NCBI RefSeq assembly: GCF_009914755.1 | Contig: NC_060935.1 | DNA from: the human T2T-CHM13v2.0 reference genome, Homo sapiens | Direction: 5' to 3' (one strand) | DNA: 64,000 bases | In this document: positions 1 to 15,046 of the stretch, in pieces | How positions within the stretch are numbered: position 1 is the stretch's first letter | Layout: each line of letters begins with the position of its first letter | Position numbers and translations under genes: made by a program | The notes under the pieces: model-generated | Told to the model about the DNA's origin: nothing | Databases searched by the model: none | What the model saw: the letters and a program-made list of their open reading frames with translations, nothing else

Positions 1-443
1 GCAATTATTTAAACCTGTTATTAATTTTCCATTCATCTCATTCCTTGCCAAATGTTTTCCCCTCTCCCTCCCTTAGGCAGCTAACAGTGAGTACCCCCCA
101 CTAACCCTTTGGCCAACTTGAGAGCTGATGCTGGCCAAGGATTGAGTTGACAGAGGGGAGCGCTTTGCTGATGAGATTGGCGGGAGCAGGCGGATGTGGG
201 AGCCCAGAGCCTTGTATCAGTAGCACCCAGCAAGGGGGCAGAGGGCCTCCACCACTTTCCCGTTTGGGAACTGTTCTGGAGGGGCAGATGTTTTGAAGCT
301 TTGAATTGCTAGGGACCTCGGAGAAGCTGCTCTGGTAGCTGAGAGAAAGAGGGAGGAGGTGACAGATGTGATGGCCTCTGTGCATCCTCTGTCACTTCCG
401 CGCCTCCTCTCTCCCCTCGCCATGCTCTCCTCTTCCTTCCCAG

Positions 444-566
444 TGAGCAGCTCCGGCTCCTACAGCACTCCCATTCGCAAGTCCCTGAGGCGGGCAGCAC
501 CACCTTTCAGGGCATAATTGAGGCCAACCGGAGGTGGCTGGAACGTGTCAAGAATGACCCCAGGTT
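444..566 (+). CDS. CEP164: CEP164 penultimate coding exon (..[42 protein letters not shown])
   Basis: Acceptor tcttccttcccag at 443; translation matches the CEP164 C-terminus as I recall it; 123 nt, phase 2-2; followed by donor GTATCCTTT. Confidence 0.95.
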
Positions 567-817
<251 letters not shown>

Positions 818-1905
818 GGCCCTGAGCAGGGGCTTGGGGCAGCCCAGCCTCTCCTCCACCCAGACCAAGTGCCTGAGGAGCTGCCTGCCTTCTTCCATCT
901 GAGAAAGCACCCTCCTTCCCCCTTTGACTTGCAGGAGCCACCAGGGACCAGGGGGTTGAGTGGAACAGTAAAGCCACACATTCTGTGACTATATAACCTA
1001 TCTCAGGCTAAAATGTGTGGACTCGTACGAGCTCTTGTCATTGACATGGCAAGCTGATGGCGTGCGGTGGCTGCGGGGTATCAGGGCCGGGAGCCCTTTG
1101 GGAGGAAGGGAGGCGTTAGAGGAGCTGCCTTCGGAGGCTCAGGGAGTCCCTTTGGAGCTGGTTGTTTCCTTGGCCCTGCAGCGCACTGCTCGGGGCTCCC
1201 AAGGAGGTTGTGTGTATGGTTCTTAATTCATCAGGACAAAGACCCCCAGCATGTGTGTACCCTGGGACCCGATTTCTCTGGGCCCACATCTATCTCCAAT
1301 ACCTCAGCCTCAGATCAGACCCTTTCTTTTTTGTCTTTCTTCTCTTAATTTTTAAATGCCTCTTTTCTTGAGCATTCCATCTCTCTTTTTGACCCTCTCA
1401 GGACTGGGCTTAGCTGTCCAGAGCCCTGCCGGAGGGTGCTGGGGGCTGTCCCTCTGCAGGCACTGTGTTTTCCTCAGGGGCTGTCCTCAGAACACCCCTC
1501 CTGCTCCCTGGGGCTCCTCAGGGAGCCATTTCAGCTGGAGTCTCAGGTCTCAAAAACAACTTCTCCAGGAGGCCAAAAAAAGACTGGGTTGGCTTCTGGT
1601 CCTCATGATGGCTTTTATCCTCCTGGGACACTTTGGGTATATTCATGGGCATTGTTTCCATCTGTCTTTTCTACCTGTGCCACCCCTGCCCTGATTCCAC
1701 GGCTGCCTCAGGCAGGCAGGCAAGGAGCTAGGCCGGTGCCCGGCCCTGGCAGCAAGGGGTCTTTGTGCAGTTGGAGATGCTGCCGTTGTGGCAGAGCGTC
1801 CTGCAGCCCCGCTTCCATCAGCAGGCTCTGGGGTGGGGGCTTTGCAGGGGATGCTCTCTGATGTTTGTTCCGTTGTTTAAATAAAATGCACTTATTTTTG
1901 TTTTT
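818..1905 (+). other. CEP164: CEP164 3' UTR (end approximate)
   Basis: Runs from the stop codon to AATAAA (1880-1885) and a downstream T-rich tract. Confidence 0.8.
1880..1885 (+). terminator. CEP164: Polyadenylation signal of CEP164
   Basis: AATAAA followed by a U/GU-rich element (ttatttttgtttttttttt). Confidence 0.85.
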
Positions 1906-2849
1906 TTTTTTGCAAGCTGTGGGGTTGCCCTTGCTTCTCTGACACACAAATTAACTCCTTCCGTCCTCCAACTCATTTCGTGGTCATGGAATAAGAAACT
2001 AAGATCCAACTGGCTGTTGATCTCCTCAGATGCCTTTTAAGCATCAGCCCACTACATAGAAAACTCCGTTTCATCATGTGTGCTTTGGGAATAGCTTATG
2101 TGGTGCACCAACTCTAGTGATAATCCTGGGTATTTTCTGCATCATTTAAATCTCTGCAGGTCCATTTTCTACAAGGCAGTCATGTAAATGTGTCTCCTTC
2201 TTTTGGGAGGCCTTTGCCTCCTTCCTGAGAAGGGAGGAAGGAAAAATGAATATTCATAGAACACTGCCCTATGTAGTATCTGATTTAATCATCGCAACAA
2301 TGTAGATATTGATGTAGATATTTTCTCCTCTGTTTTTATGGACGAGGAAACCAAGGCTTAGAGAACCTTTACATGCCTGGGGTCCCCAGTAAAGTAGCTG
2401 AGCTCCCTACATGTGCAGTGTCCCCACACTCCATCCCTGCACCCCCAGAGCGCCGTCTTCCCTACTACCAGTCCTTGGGAAGTGCTGAATTCGCCATCTC
2501 TCCCTTTGCTCCTTCACAGCTCTCCCTCCTACCAGCCGGAGACCCATGGTGCCATTTCCCAAAGGCTGATTGGTGTTTTCCCCATGCAGACAAATGCAAG
2601 ATGAGTCCCCCAAAGTCCCTAAGCTGGCAGTTAGCTGGGTTTTTCTGCTCCAGCGGTGTGAACAGCCTAAATACAGTCTTGGATTTGTAGCAACAGAATT
2701 TCTAGGAGAGCAAACCAAGATGGCCACATGACATGGATTTGTGTAAGAAAACCAGCCTAAGGACAAAGCATGCAAAATAACCCAGTTCTGTGTCCTAGCC
2801 ACTTTCTGGGGGGAAGGAAGAAAGGAAAGAAGGGAGGGAAGGAGAAGCA

Positions 2850-3050
2850 AGCTAACATTTGTTGAGTGCTTTCTTTGTGCCAGGTGCTTTTCATATGTTA
2901 TTGTTTATAATCTTAATCTTATGATGTTAGTGTTCTTATTTCATCCATGAGGTCACTTAGGCTCAGAGAGGTGAAATCACTATAGCCCAATGTCATACAG
3001 CGAATGACCCAGTGTTTGAACCCAGATCTCTGAAAGTCAAGATCTGTGAA
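2850..3050 (-). mobile_element. MIR SINE remnant
   Basis: MIR core-like text: acatttgttgagtgct..gtgccaggtgct..gaggtcacttaggctcagagaggtgaa..tttgaacccagatct. Confidence 0.65.
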
Positions 3051-3297
3051 CCAGGCTCTGCTGTGTTAGCATCTCCTATCCTCCTCCTGGCACACAGAAC
3101 AGTCCTGTCCAGCTTGGTCTGAAGACCTGGGTTGCAGGAAGGGGATAGCTTCTAGCTGGCGGAAAACCTTCTTGGGTTAGGGTTTACAAAGGGACTTTTT
3201 CAGAAGATTCCAAAATTGTCCCATCCCTCCTCTTCATGGGTTTTAGCATCTAGCTGGGGAGACTAGAATCATAGACGTTTGGAGCTGAAAGGAGCCA

Positions 3298-3625
3298 TTG
3301 AGTCCGTTTGGACTGCTGTGACAAAATACCATCAACCAGGTAGCTTTTAAACAACAACAATTTATTTCTCACAGTTTTGGAGGCTGAAAATCCAAGATCA
3401 AGGTGTTGACAAATTCGGTGTATGGTGAGTGGTTTCTGGTTCCTAGAGGGCACCTTCTGCGTCCTCACCTAGTAGAAGTGTAGGACTCTTGGCTCCTTCA
3501 GCCCCTTCTGAGGGCACTAATCCCAGTCATGAGGGCTGCGCCTTCACATCCGAATTGCCTCCCCAAAGGCCCCGCCTCCTCATATCATCACACTGGGGAT
3601 TGGGTTTCATCATAGGAATTGGGGT
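3298..3625 (-). mobile_element. MaLR solo LTR (MLT1A/MST-like)
   Basis: Diagnostic text: atttatttctcacagttttggaggctg..tccaagatcaaggtg..gggcactaatccca..ccaaaggccccgcctcct..atcacactgggg. Confidence 0.75.
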
Positions 3626-4813
3626 CCATAGTGGGGCCTTATGGATTACTTCAGGTTTTGCAGTAGAGGAGACGGCCTAGAGAGGCTACATGAGGTGCCC
3701 CAAGTTGCAGCCACAGTGGCAGAGGTGGGAATAGAACCAGTGTCCTAACTTCCTGGCCTGGGGCTTCAGAAAATAGTTTTTTTTTTTAAAGGATATTCTT
3801 AGTAGACTATATGTTCACATGACTCGATATTCAAATGGTACAAAAGTCACTCCATGAGTTATCTAGTGCTCCCCATTGAAGGTAAAAAATACTACCAGTT
3901 CTTTCTGGAGATTTTATGCAAATAAAAAGAAGGGACACTTATGATTCTCTTCCCTATTACTGGTGGAGTATGGGTCACTCCTAATGTAGGATGGGACGAT
4001 TGCCCCAAGCTCTGTCGTGAGTGGTTGATTGACGGTTTTCTTAAGGGAACAATGCTGGGAAAGATGATAGGCGCCCGCCACTGACCCCTCCCGCCTCCCT
4101 GCCCCTCCAGTAAACTCCCACACAAAATAGCAGTATGAGGTGTAGGGAAATAATCTTGGCCTCCGTCCTGGGTTTACTTTTGACTCTGCCACCTACAAGC
4201 TGTCACCTGAACAAGTCCTTTCCGTTCCTGTGTCTTCCCTGGTCACAAGCTCTAAGCCTGAACCCACACTCTGGGAATGAAGCAGGGTAGCGGCCTCTGC
4301 TTCAGCAACTCTGAGGGGTCTACCTTGGGTGGGGAGTTGGCCTCATCCAGAGGGCTGCTGGAGGGCCAAGACAAGGCTCTGGTGGGGAGGTGTGCTGAGA
4401 GGGGATTGCTTATCCCACCACCAGCTTTTCTGGGGGAGGTGGGGAAGTGATGGTTAAAAAATGGAGTTCCTGCTATCAGCCATGTCCTGATGAATTGGAA
4501 AGTCCCCTTCTTTCTCCTTTCCTCTTGCATCTCCTGCCTGCTTCCCCTGCCTGCCCTCCTGTGACATGTGCCCTCTCCAGCAGGTATGTCACACAGCACC
4601 CCAAGGGAAGGGCAGTGTAACGCTCTTTTCCATGATGGACTACAACAGCCAGAGGAAGACAGGCCTTCCCTTCTTTTCTAGTTCTTTTTGGTTTGAAAAC
4701 AAGGCACTCTTATTTTCCCCTTCCAAGAAGCTGGTGGTTCACACGGGCCAGCACACACATTATCAAAGACCTAGTTTGTTTCTAGTAAATGAGTCCATTG
4801 AAGTGGGAGCCTT

Positions 4814-5145
<332 letters not shown>

Positions 5146-7059
5146 TCACAGCTACCCTGAAAGAAGGAGAGAGGTGCTGGTGCCCTGCAGTGATAAGCAC
5201 TCCTCACATCACAGTAGGGTTGAGGAGACGGCAGACGTTTGTAAATATGAGTCTTTGTAATTTAGAATCTGCCAACATTTTTTATCAGGTGGGAGGAGAG
5301 GAAATGGCCACAGGCGAACACACACGCACACACCCCATAGCACGCTTAGCTCCATTGTGGGTTAGAAAGTCCATGTCTTACATTGAGTAGAACCCCAGCT
5401 CTTGGTTTTGGGGTCATATTACACTGTCCCCATCAAACTTATCACCCTGATTGTTGTCAGTGCTTTTAGAAGATGTAGTAGCATTTCTTCTAGAGAGGGT
5501 GTAGGAGTCTCCTTGCCCAGCAGCCCTCAAAGTCCTGATCCCCCTTCCCTATGGGGCCCTATGAAGGCACACTCCCTGGAGAGTTCAATAGTTTCTTCTC
5601 TCCCTTTCCAGGGTCTCTGAGGCTAGTGTGACTGTTGAGAGGCTCCCAGCCATGCTCTCTGTGACCCTCAGGCTTGGGTTGGGATCCCAGCGCTCCTTGA
5701 AATAGAGCAAAAGGTGATGGGTTGCATAGTGTCTGTGGAGGTGCTGGTGCCTGAGAGCATAACAATAGAACAGGCTCCTGCACATAACCTTTGGGATGGA
5801 CCCATGACCCCAGTTTGGAGGCGAGGGTTAGGACAAGATGGCCCTGAAGGAAGGATTGCCTCCCATCTTCCTTGGTTGGGTCAAATCAGCTGGTTAATGT
5901 CCTCTCCCTTTTGTTTTTTCTTGAAAGACCCATATCACTTTCATCCAAATCCATATGTCAGTTGTTTCCCCCTGGCCCTGACCTCTGATCAGATAGGGGG
6001 ACTGGATCTGGATCATTGGGATGATTGATCTGGAGGTGAGAGACAGCTGCTGTTTCATTAAGTCAGCTCAGCCATAGCCCCCACCCTGGAAACCTTACTC
6101 TCTCTCCAGCAGCCTTCTAACTCTACAGGGAGGGCCCTTTGGTCTGTGATGAAATGGTTTGTGGGTGGGCAGCACGCCTGGGAGGGGCTGCCTCCATCTC
6201 CAGGAAGCACAGTTCCTCTCCCGGCTCGGGCAGGATGGGGTGCAGGTAGTGCTCTCCTAGTTTTAAAAATTCTAGGATAGGAGACGTCAGTCTGCCTCAT
6301 GGCTTTTGCTCTGTGGGGTGGAGCAGAGGGCATTGGAGACATTTCCGATTGCCCCTGCTGAAGAGAAGGATACCTGTTCTTGGGAGGTAAGAAGCAGAGG
6401 GACAGTTGGGTGAGTCTCACTCTCAGGGTTAAAAGCAGGGAGGCTATGAATCGAACAAGGATTTCCACATTATCCTTTATAAAGAGGTTGTGAGGATGCA
6501 AGAAGTCCTTAGAACAGTGTTCGGCACATAGTAAGGCCTCAATAAATGTGAGCTGTTGGTATTGCCGTTGCCCTGGCCAGGGAAGTCGGGAACCATGACG
6601 GAGACTGCAACCTGTGTGACTTCCCATGAGTAACCGCAAAAGTCTTGGACACAGAGGACAAGACAGGTGGCAAAGAAAACGCTTGCTGGGGGATTGTGTT
6701 CCTCTTCATGGCCAGTTGTATGTGAGAGGGAGAGAGAGAGGGAAGTGGAAAGTTTAGGACCTGGGGCCAGCAGGCAGGAGGCAGAACAGAGCCTGTCAGG
6801 CTTGAGACGGTGCCCTAGGTTGGAGTACAGTACGGTCTCCTGGGGTTCCCCACGAGGAGCCGACGCCTACCCGCTGCATGGACCTTGGAGACTGAGAAAA
6901 TAGGCTCCACCGCTCTCCTAGTGACCCGTCCCCCTGTAGGGCCACTGCTGGGGCAGCTTAGGCACTAGGCCTGGAAAGGGGCAAAGGTAGGGAATGGAGC
7001 TGGGACTCTCTTGGATTACCTATTATGTTAGGCTGGCTTCAAGGCTCTATCTCATGCCT

Positions 7060-7440
7060 CCAAAAGACCTGGGCTCAAATTCTGACGCCCAGGCACTAGT
7101 GGAGTATCTTTGGGAAATGATCCTCTGCCTAAGCCTCAGTTTCCTTATTTGTATAATGGAGCAGAAGATACCACACACACACAGGGTGAATGAAATAACC
7201 TAGGACAAGTACTTTGGGTGAAGCACCTTGTAAACTACAGAGTGTTGTGGAAATGCAAGTGTTTGTTGAACCTCTGCTTAAATGCCTCCAAGGACAAGGT
7301 GCTCATCACCCCTGAGGTAGCCAGTCCTGCTGTTGAGCAGTTCTGAACTGGCTGAGGGGGAGTCTTCTCTTACAGTTCTGCTGTGGACTCACACAGAAAA
7401 AAATGTCCCTTTACTTCTTCCACATGATAGAATGAAATAG
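7060..7440. mobile_element. MIR remnant followed by a CR1/L3-like remnant
   Basis: cctcagtttccttatttgtataatgg (MIR core), then aacctctgcttaaatgcctcca..gagcagttctgaact (L3-like). Confidence 0.5.
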
Positions 7441-9399
7441 GGTCACAGAACCCTCTCCCGTCCGCTGCTTGTCCCCCTTATGAACATACATGAGTGTATG
7501 CACATGCAGGGGTTAAAGTGTAGTGCATGCACATTTGGATTCTCACAGGGCCTCTTACTAATAAAGTAGCCTCTGTTTGCTTACTACCAGCCAGTGCAAA
7601 GGCCTTTACCTATCTACAGCTCTCAAAGATCCTCATAGCAATCTTATGAGGTAGACAATGATCTCCATTTTACAAGATGAAAAAAGAAAGCGAGAGAGCC
7701 TTGGAAGGTTAAGCTATTAGGTTGCAGAATGAGAGTGCAAACCAATGGCCTGTAGTGCAGTTGTTCACGTAGGCACTTGTGTGGACACTGCACACCCTCA
7801 TGAGTATGCGCCCTCCCTCCCGGCACAGGGATTGGAGGGCGAGGTTGGGGGCTGAGAAGGAGGTCCGGGGCAGCCTCTTTCTTCGTGTGAAGAGGGAAGG
7901 TCTCCCCAGGGAAGGCCTTCTGCTCTACCTACCCTTTCTCCTCCTCCTACGTGCTCTCTTCGGCTTCAGAGGCCGGCAGAGTCTGACTAAAGGCAAGACA
8001 GCGGTGGTGCCTTCAAATAAATAGCTGTTGTCTCATCCTCAGCCCCATTTCCTCTTGGAGAAAGTTGGCAGGCCCTGGGGCCACAACAGCATCCACTCTG
8101 TTGTAGCTACAAAGAGAAGATGGTAAGGGTAGTGCCCGGGTGCTCCCCTCCTCAGAAACCTCCTCCTGGGAGCAGTCAGACAGATCTGTGGCTCTGCCAT
8201 TGACCACCTCTGTGCTCTGGACAAGTGACTGTCCAGCGACTCAGCATCGGTGTCTTCATCTGAGAATGAGCTCATTCCATGCACCCTGGAACATCTGCTG
8301 GGCTGCCTGTTCTCCTCACCCCATGCCCCCAGCGCCTGGGAAGTGCCAAGCACACAGGAGACCTCCCTAAGCAGTAGGTATTCCTGCACCCAAGGCCCGT
8401 GATGAATTCCCTCCCACTCCCTGGCATTGCAGACCCTACCCTTTTCTTAAGCTCTGCCCAGGGACACCCTGAAGCCCTACAACGGCCCTAACTCCTAAAA
8501 GGAATCCCTGCTTGGCTCAAGGGCGATCTGACCCAGGCGGTTCCTTGGAGTCTGGGCTGGGCTGCGGTGACACCCCTGGTGCCCCAAAATCCACCGTGCA
8601 CTCCTCTAGTCTCTGAATCCCCATGGAGGGGTGTCAGAGCCTGGCAGGCGTGGGACCTGTGCCTCCTGGGGAAGGAGGCTGAGGTGGGCAGGACCCAGGG
8701 TGTCAGGCAGAGTCAGACACTGTAGAAATGCCTGGGGGAGGGTGGGGATGGGAGACTTGTAGTCTAAGCTTGCAGGACCTGCCAAGTCCCCTCTCCCTTG
8801 GTGTTGCCGACAGAGCCCCATGGTGGCTGGGGGCCTGGCTTTCGTGCGGGGCATTGGTCTGAGGCGGCTGGCCGCAGTGGTGGCTGGTGGTGGCTGCCCG
8901 GGTGCTGAGCCCGGATGTGTCCAGTCAGCGCGTACTGGAGATGCCACTTGTCACAAAGGCCCTGGCGGGGCTCAGCTGGGGACACGCAGGGCCATGCCTG
9001 GAATGGTGCCATCCACCTCCACTGGGCCCAGGAAGGGTGGAGCTCAAGAGAGAAAGAATGGCACCCACAGAGGCAGGACGTCTTAGGGCAGAGCTCACCA
9101 TCTGGGTGATGCCTCCTGGGGGAGGTGAGGCATTGGCCCAGCATGGATGGGGTGGCATTTTACTGCGCCGTCCACCCTTTCTGGTGACTCCCAGGAGTTG
9201 GGGGCCCAGTGCTAGCTCCTGGTTGGGACTGATGACAGTGAATTTGAGGACATCAGAGGCCTTCAGAGCTTCCCTTTCTGCACAGGCTGTGAATCCTCTT
9301 GGTGAGCTTCAGTAGGTTCTCTAGGGCAGCAAGGGACCTTCATATCCCACCTGCTTCCCTGGACACAAATCTGGGCAGGAAAACAAACAAACAAACAAA

Positions 9400-9600
9400 A
9401 GCTGGGCATGGTGTTCCTCGCCTGTAGTCCCAGCAACTCGGGAGGCTGAGGTGGGAGGATCGCTTGAGGCCGGGAATTCCAGGTTGAGCGCACCATGATT
9501 GCGCCACTGTACTCCAGCCTGGGCAACAGCAAAACCCTGACAAAAAAAAAAAAAAAAAAAAAAAAGAAAGAAAGAAAAGAAGAAACAACAACAGCAACAA
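9400..9600 (+). mobile_element. Alu monomer (FRAM/FAM-like) with long A tail
   Basis: Single right-arm-like unit cctgtagtcccagc..ccactgtactccagcctgggcaaca followed by poly(A). Confidence 0.85.
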
Positions 9601-11564
9601 CAAAACCTGGGCAGATGAGGCAAATCCTGGCTTCCCTGGAATCTGACCCTCTGGTCTGCTGGTTTGTATCTTGTCTAATCCCCATTTCATAGTTAAAAGC
9701 TTTTTAACCTCATTATTTCCTTTCAGTCTTATCAACCTGGCAGCATGGGAGTTATTCTCGCATTTCATAGAAGAGGAAATTGAGGCCCATGAGGGCGAAG
9801 GTGCTTTCCCGAGGTCACAGAGCTGGCAAGGGAGCAGCAGGATTGACTCCGCAGCCCCTGCGTTTCCATCGCAGTGCCCGCCACATAGTAGGAACTCTAC
9901 ACATGGCGCCTTCCGGGGGCCGCCTGGCTTTCTGGAAAGGATCCGAAGTGGTTTGGTGAGCACCGGCTTTGGAATTCAAACCCTGGCTGATGCCTCTTGC
10001 CGGCTGAGTGGCCTTGTACAAGTCACCTGACCTCTTTGACTTCTTTCTTAGCCAATAAAATGGAGATCACACATCTTCAGGGCAGAAATTACAAACACAT
10101 TAATTTCCCATCCATAGATCCTTCCCACGAATCACCAAAGAGGAGGCCTGCCTTGCCTGCGGTTTCTCCCACCTCCTCTGCCTCCCCTATGCCCAACTGT
10201 TGCTGTTTCCTAATGGAAAATGGGGGGAAATGAATGTGAGAGAACATTCCCCAGAGGAGAGGAGGGCGGAGCTGAGCAGGGCTGGAGAAGAGCAGGCAGT
10301 GTGTGGGGGGATGTGGGAGGCACAGGCTCCGTAGGGTGTCAGCGGGTGTCACTTACATCTGCTCTTCGGACCCCTTCAGGATCACAAAAACAAAAGCAGA
10401 TAACTTGAGTTATTTAAAACTTTCGTTTTGGTGGCTGAGTGGATTGAGGTTCTTTGACTGGCACTACGGCCCTGAGACACCACCACTTGGGTTTTGTGCT
10501 TATAGGAGTTACTCTTTTTTACAGGGTAGTGGTAAAACTAGGAGAGTATCCGTGCTAAGTGGTTATCAGGGTGCTTGACTCAAGTAGACTCTCAGCAAAC
10601 GGCAGCAGGCATGATGGTATTCTGTTGTGTTGTTTTCTTGTAACTTGGGGACACTATGCGGAGAGAACCAATGTTTCAGGAGATCTCGGCCTTCACTGGT
10701 CTACTCCTTGCCCGTTTCTCCCACTGTTTACCCTTTGTTCATCTATGTCTAACATATGTTGTGCTCCTATTAAGTCAGGCACTGTCCCTTCTCTGGAAGA
10801 GACAGTGGAACCCTTCTCTGCCCTTGGGGAGCCTGTCTGCTGAGGACGATGTTCAAATACCATCTGTGGAGGGCTTCTGAGTTGGGAAGGGATGAGACTT
10901 GTTTTGTGGTGCCCCCCAGGAGTGGCAGTACCGAGCCTTGTGAGTAGAAGTTGGAGGGGCCACCCAAGCTTAGTGTGAGGGAGGTTTTGCTGTTAGAGCT
11001 GTCACAGGTGAGATGTGCTGGCTGGGGAAGTGATGAGTTCTCCATCAGGAGGTGTGCACGGGAAGGCCAGACCACTCTTGCTGATTGCAGATGGAATTCC
11101 CAATTTGGGTGGAAGCGTGGACCAGGTGGCGTTGAAGGTCTCTTTGAGTCCTGAGATTGTGCGATTCTTAGAGACACTAAAACCAAGTATGGATCACCTC
11201 CAGGGTAATCCAGCTGGCATCTATTCCTCCTTCGGCCTAGAGTATTGTTGTCATTGCCCAGAAGAGGACATGGATTCTGGGAGGAAGGACAGAGCCCTGA
11301 CTCAGGGTTCATGCTCAGCCTGGTTCTCCCACCCTTCTCCTACAGACACACAGATGCCCTCCTCCTCTCTAAGCTCACCAGCGTCTCCCTTTGCCTTTCC
11401 CACCCTTTACCTGTATAGGAATCCAATATGTAGGGTAAGAGGAGGTGACATGGTGTGGTGGGTGACATGGTATGGCAGGCGGTGCGGGGGAGGATGCCCT
11501 GGGCCTGATCTATCAAGGGAGAATTTCTATGGGGAGCCAAGTTCCCCTTCATCTCCTGCATAAA

Positions 11565-11965
11565 TTAAGATGATGCTAATTGTTGTAAAATAAACTCCAA
11601 AGTATCGGTGCTTACTGCAAGTTTATTTCTTGCTCACATAAAGTCCAGCTGGCATTGAAGGGGATAGAGGGGCCTCTGCTCTACATCGATGTATAAGCCA
11701 GGGTGATAGAGGATCTGCCATCTTCAATAAGTGGCTTCCAAGTTCACCTTGGGCATTGACTTACAGTTGGAGAGAGCAGAGGGTGGCCAGGGAAGTTTTT
11801 ATGAGCTGGACCTGAAAGTAGCGTGTATCACTTATGCCACATTCCGCTGGTCAAAGCTCAGTCTCATTGCCTTCTCTGAGAATCGGGGGCCTGGAACTGT
11901 AGTCACGGGATGCGTAGCGACTTCCCCGCAACAACTGTGCACTGTGGAGGATCATGAGGCTTTGG
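11565..11965 (-). mobile_element. Old MLT1 (K/L-like) LTR
   Basis: aagtttatttcttgctcacat..ctgccatcttc..atcacttatgccacattcc..tggtcaaagctcagtc. Confidence 0.55.
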
Positions 11966-12191
11966 CAGACAGCTAACCCTCCCTGCTGTTCCCTGACCCA
12001 GGCTTCCCTCCTTCCGCCTCCGCCAGTTTGCGCACACTCCGGGGAGTGAGCCTTTGAGCGCAGGAAGAGACCCACAGGGCCTTTGCATCTCCAGTGCCCA
12101 GCTCAGTGCCAGATCATTGGAAGTGCTTCTGGGTATTTGGTGAATGAACAAATACTTGGGTATCATTTCGCTTGTTAAAAATACAGATGCC

Positions 12192-13045
<854 letters not shown>

Positions 13046-13048
13046 GTT

Positions 13049-13346
<298 letters not shown>

Positions 13347-13349
13347 GCC

Positions 13350-13710
13350 TAGGCCGCATACCAACAAATTCCTATTCTGTTAGGATTGGTGAGAGCTGGG
13401 CTTCTGTATTGTTTAACGAGCTCCTCAGGTGAATCTGATGTGCATCTACGTTTGAGACCCACTAGTCTAGCTCTGGTTGTTGGTAGAATGGGGGAACAAG
13501 GGGTAATCTCTCTGAAGGTCTTCTAGAGGAGGGTTTCTCAAACGTTGATGTGCATATGGGTCCCCTGGGGATTTTGCTGAAGTGCAGAGTCTGATTCAGT
13601 GGTTCTGGCGTGAGGCCTGGTATTTTTTTTGCATTTGCAACAAGCTCCTAGGTGACGGTGGTGCTGGTGCCACTGGCCTGTGACCCACATGTAGAGTATC
13701 AAGGCTCTCA
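13350..13710. mobile_element. MER5-family (hAT-Charlie) remnants
   Basis: tttctcaaac..tgcagagtctgattcagtgg..tgcatttgcaacaagctcctaggtga. Confidence 0.65.
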
Positions 13711-13806
13711 AGGGCAGATGGTCGTCTTATCCATGGTAGACAAAGTGGAGTTTTGGAAAGGAGCAAGTGAATGTGTAAGATGACTGTTCCAGATACATAG
13801 AGTTCA

Positions 13807-14210
<404 letters not shown>

Positions 14211-15012
14211 AACCCTGCAAAGCGTACTGAAGTTAGAGATTATTAGCAAATAAAATCGTGTGGATTTTGCTCAAGTATGCCTGAATTTCTAGACTTTGTG
14301 CTTTATAATAAGGGGCCTAGCCCAGTGGAATACAAGCTAGACTGGCCCACATCTTACTTTTCTGTTGCCTTTCCAAATCCTTCTCATCCTACAGAGTCCA
14401 CCTCAGGTCCCAGACCTCCAACAGCTCCCCAGAGCTGAATTCCACCTTTTCTACCACCGCCCCTCACCAGGGTAAAGTACTTTGGAGCCCTTGATCCATC
14501 CTGTGCTGCATATTGGGTCACCTGCCTCAACTGTTTTTCTGCCCATGCGTCCAGCTTGCTCCCTGGACCTGGCGGACTCTTCCCCTGGCAACATCCTGGG
14601 GGAAGAACTGAAACTCTAATCTTTGAACAGTGGAACAGCAGGTAGTATGGCTCAGTAGTTAAGGAATTGGACGCTCATGAGTTTAAATCTCATTCCCATC
14701 TCTTCTAGCTCCTCTAACCTTCTCACCTGTCACGTGGTAATCGTGATACCTTTCTCCCAAGTCTGCAATGAGGTTACAAGCAGCACCTGGCACGTAGTAT
14801 CGGGATCCGTCATGTATTTTCATGACAGCGTTCCCCTTCGGAGCCCTTAGGCTGCTTCTATCTTCTGCGCCTCTAGCCTCTGAGGAGTTTTTCATTCCCT
14901 CTTGCTGGTTGGAGGTGGCTCTGATTCGTGTTTGTTTGCCCAATATCTGGTGTGCAGGGGAGGTGGGGTTGGGGGTCTTCTATGCGGACAGCTCAGGTTT
15001 GATCGTTGTGCC

Positions 15013-15046
15013 TGCAGTTCTGGAGGCGACCTGCAGATGGCGTGCG
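15013..15046 (+). promoter_or_regulatory. Candidate CTCF site (core plus upstream motif)
   Basis: TGCAGTTCT-N5-CGACCTGCAGATGGCGT; core CCTGCAGATGGCG closely fits CCASYAGRKGGCR. Confidence 0.6.

Noticed and set aside
6058-6639. 193-aa intergenic ORF
   Set aside because: Non-ATG start, partly MIR-derived, no recognisable homology.
8888-8910. RE1/REST-like motif (minus strand CTCAGCACCCGGGCAGCC)
   Set aside because: Spacer is 1 nt rather than 2 and the right half mismatches GGACAG.
10425-10585. Two tRNA A-box-like strings (gtggctgagtggattgagg; gctaagtggttatcagg)
   Set aside because: No B-box/T-arm or cloverleaf; at most decayed tRNA-derived SINE heads.
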